From the NCBI RefSeq assembly GCF_001194135.2, contig NC_068985.1, positions 84,721,384 through 84,785,383 on the forward strand: a stretch of DNA of 64,000 bases, read 5' to 3'. This DNA comes from Octopus bimaculoides (lineage: Eukaryota). The translations under genes were made by a program, and so were the position numbers. The number at the start of each line of letters is the position of its first letter. Positions within the stretch are counted from its first letter, which is position 1. Positions 63,217 through 64,000 of the stretch are shown here, piece after piece. The notes under the pieces are model-generated. The model saw only the letters and a list, made by a program, of their open reading frames with translations. It was not told the origin of the DNA and did no database searches.

Positions 63217-63620
63217 AATAATAATAATAATAATAATAATTCTTTCTACTATAGGCACAAGGGCTGAAATTTGGCGGGGATGGGGTGATTTAATTACATT
63301 GACCCCAGTGTTTGACTGGTATTTATTTCATTGACCCCAAAAGGGTAATAGGCAATGTTGACAGAATTACAAACTTGGGTAGGAAAGAAAATAGTTGATT
63401 ATACTGACCCCCACCTTTGAATGGCAACAGATGACTCCAGCAGGATTTGAACTCGGAACATATATAATAACAATAATTATTATCATTTCTGATACAGATG
63501 GGTATAGTTGATTATGTCTAGCCTTGGATTTGACTGCTAGAATATTTTATCAAAATTCAAAATGATAAAAGGTAAAATTGACTTCAGCAGAATTTGAACT
63601 CAGAATACAAAACCTTAAAC
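62930..63620 (-). mobile_element. Array of family B SINEs and fragments in (AAT/AAC)n
   Basis: Copies at about 62930-63140, 63240-63360, 63380-63460 and 63490-63620. Confidence 0.8.
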
Positions 63621-63956
63621 TATTTAGTTTCTCCTTTTCTACATTCTAATTTCCCACCCAACAAGTGCATACTTGAGCAGGCTTGGCCATATTTGCCACT
63701 CTCACCCAATTTTCAACAAATTTACAGGGTGGTGGGGCAGAAATTTCCTCTTCAAATGATACATGGAAAACTTGTTGAGGGTTTGATTAAAAAGTTCCAA
63801 ATTTGTTGGGGAAGATATTCTGCATAATTAAAACCTGTAATTAATGAGTGACAAGCTGTCACTTAGCTGAGAGGAATATAAGACAAAGTTGGCCTCAACT
63901 GGATTTCAACATAGAATACAAATGTGTAACACTATCATTTTGCCCCTGTACACATG

Positions 63957-64000
<44 letters not shown>

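Overview
AT-rich, microsatellite-saturated animal genomic DNA from a draft assembly with 10 N-gaps, most flanked by microsatellites. The repeat families resemble those of coleoid cephalopods (Octopus-like); this is inferred from recalled repeat families, not from a search. No CRISPR, rRNA, genuine tRNA or confidently identifiable host protein-coding gene is supported, and nearly all listed ORFs are microsatellite or N artefacts. The window is mostly transposon debris: several tRNA-derived SINE families (CORE-like and Meta-like), RTE 3' ends, R4/Dong-type restriction-like-endonuclease (RLE) LINE ends, a CR1/L2-group fragment, a decayed Copia, Penelope-like (GIY-YIG) remnants, several mariner/Tc1 relics and a piggyBac-like MITE. 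The most interesting signals are: (i) minimal type-I hammerhead ribozyme motifs in Penelope-like or (TA)n-anchored elements, one pair sitting in a 250-bp palindrome; (ii) a recurring set of long fold-back palindromes; (iii) two SINE-interrupting insertions that appear copied, with template switches, from sequence 2-5 kb away; (iv) strand-biased head-to-tail SINE arrays within (AAT)n tracts; (v) weak candidate minus-strand exons.
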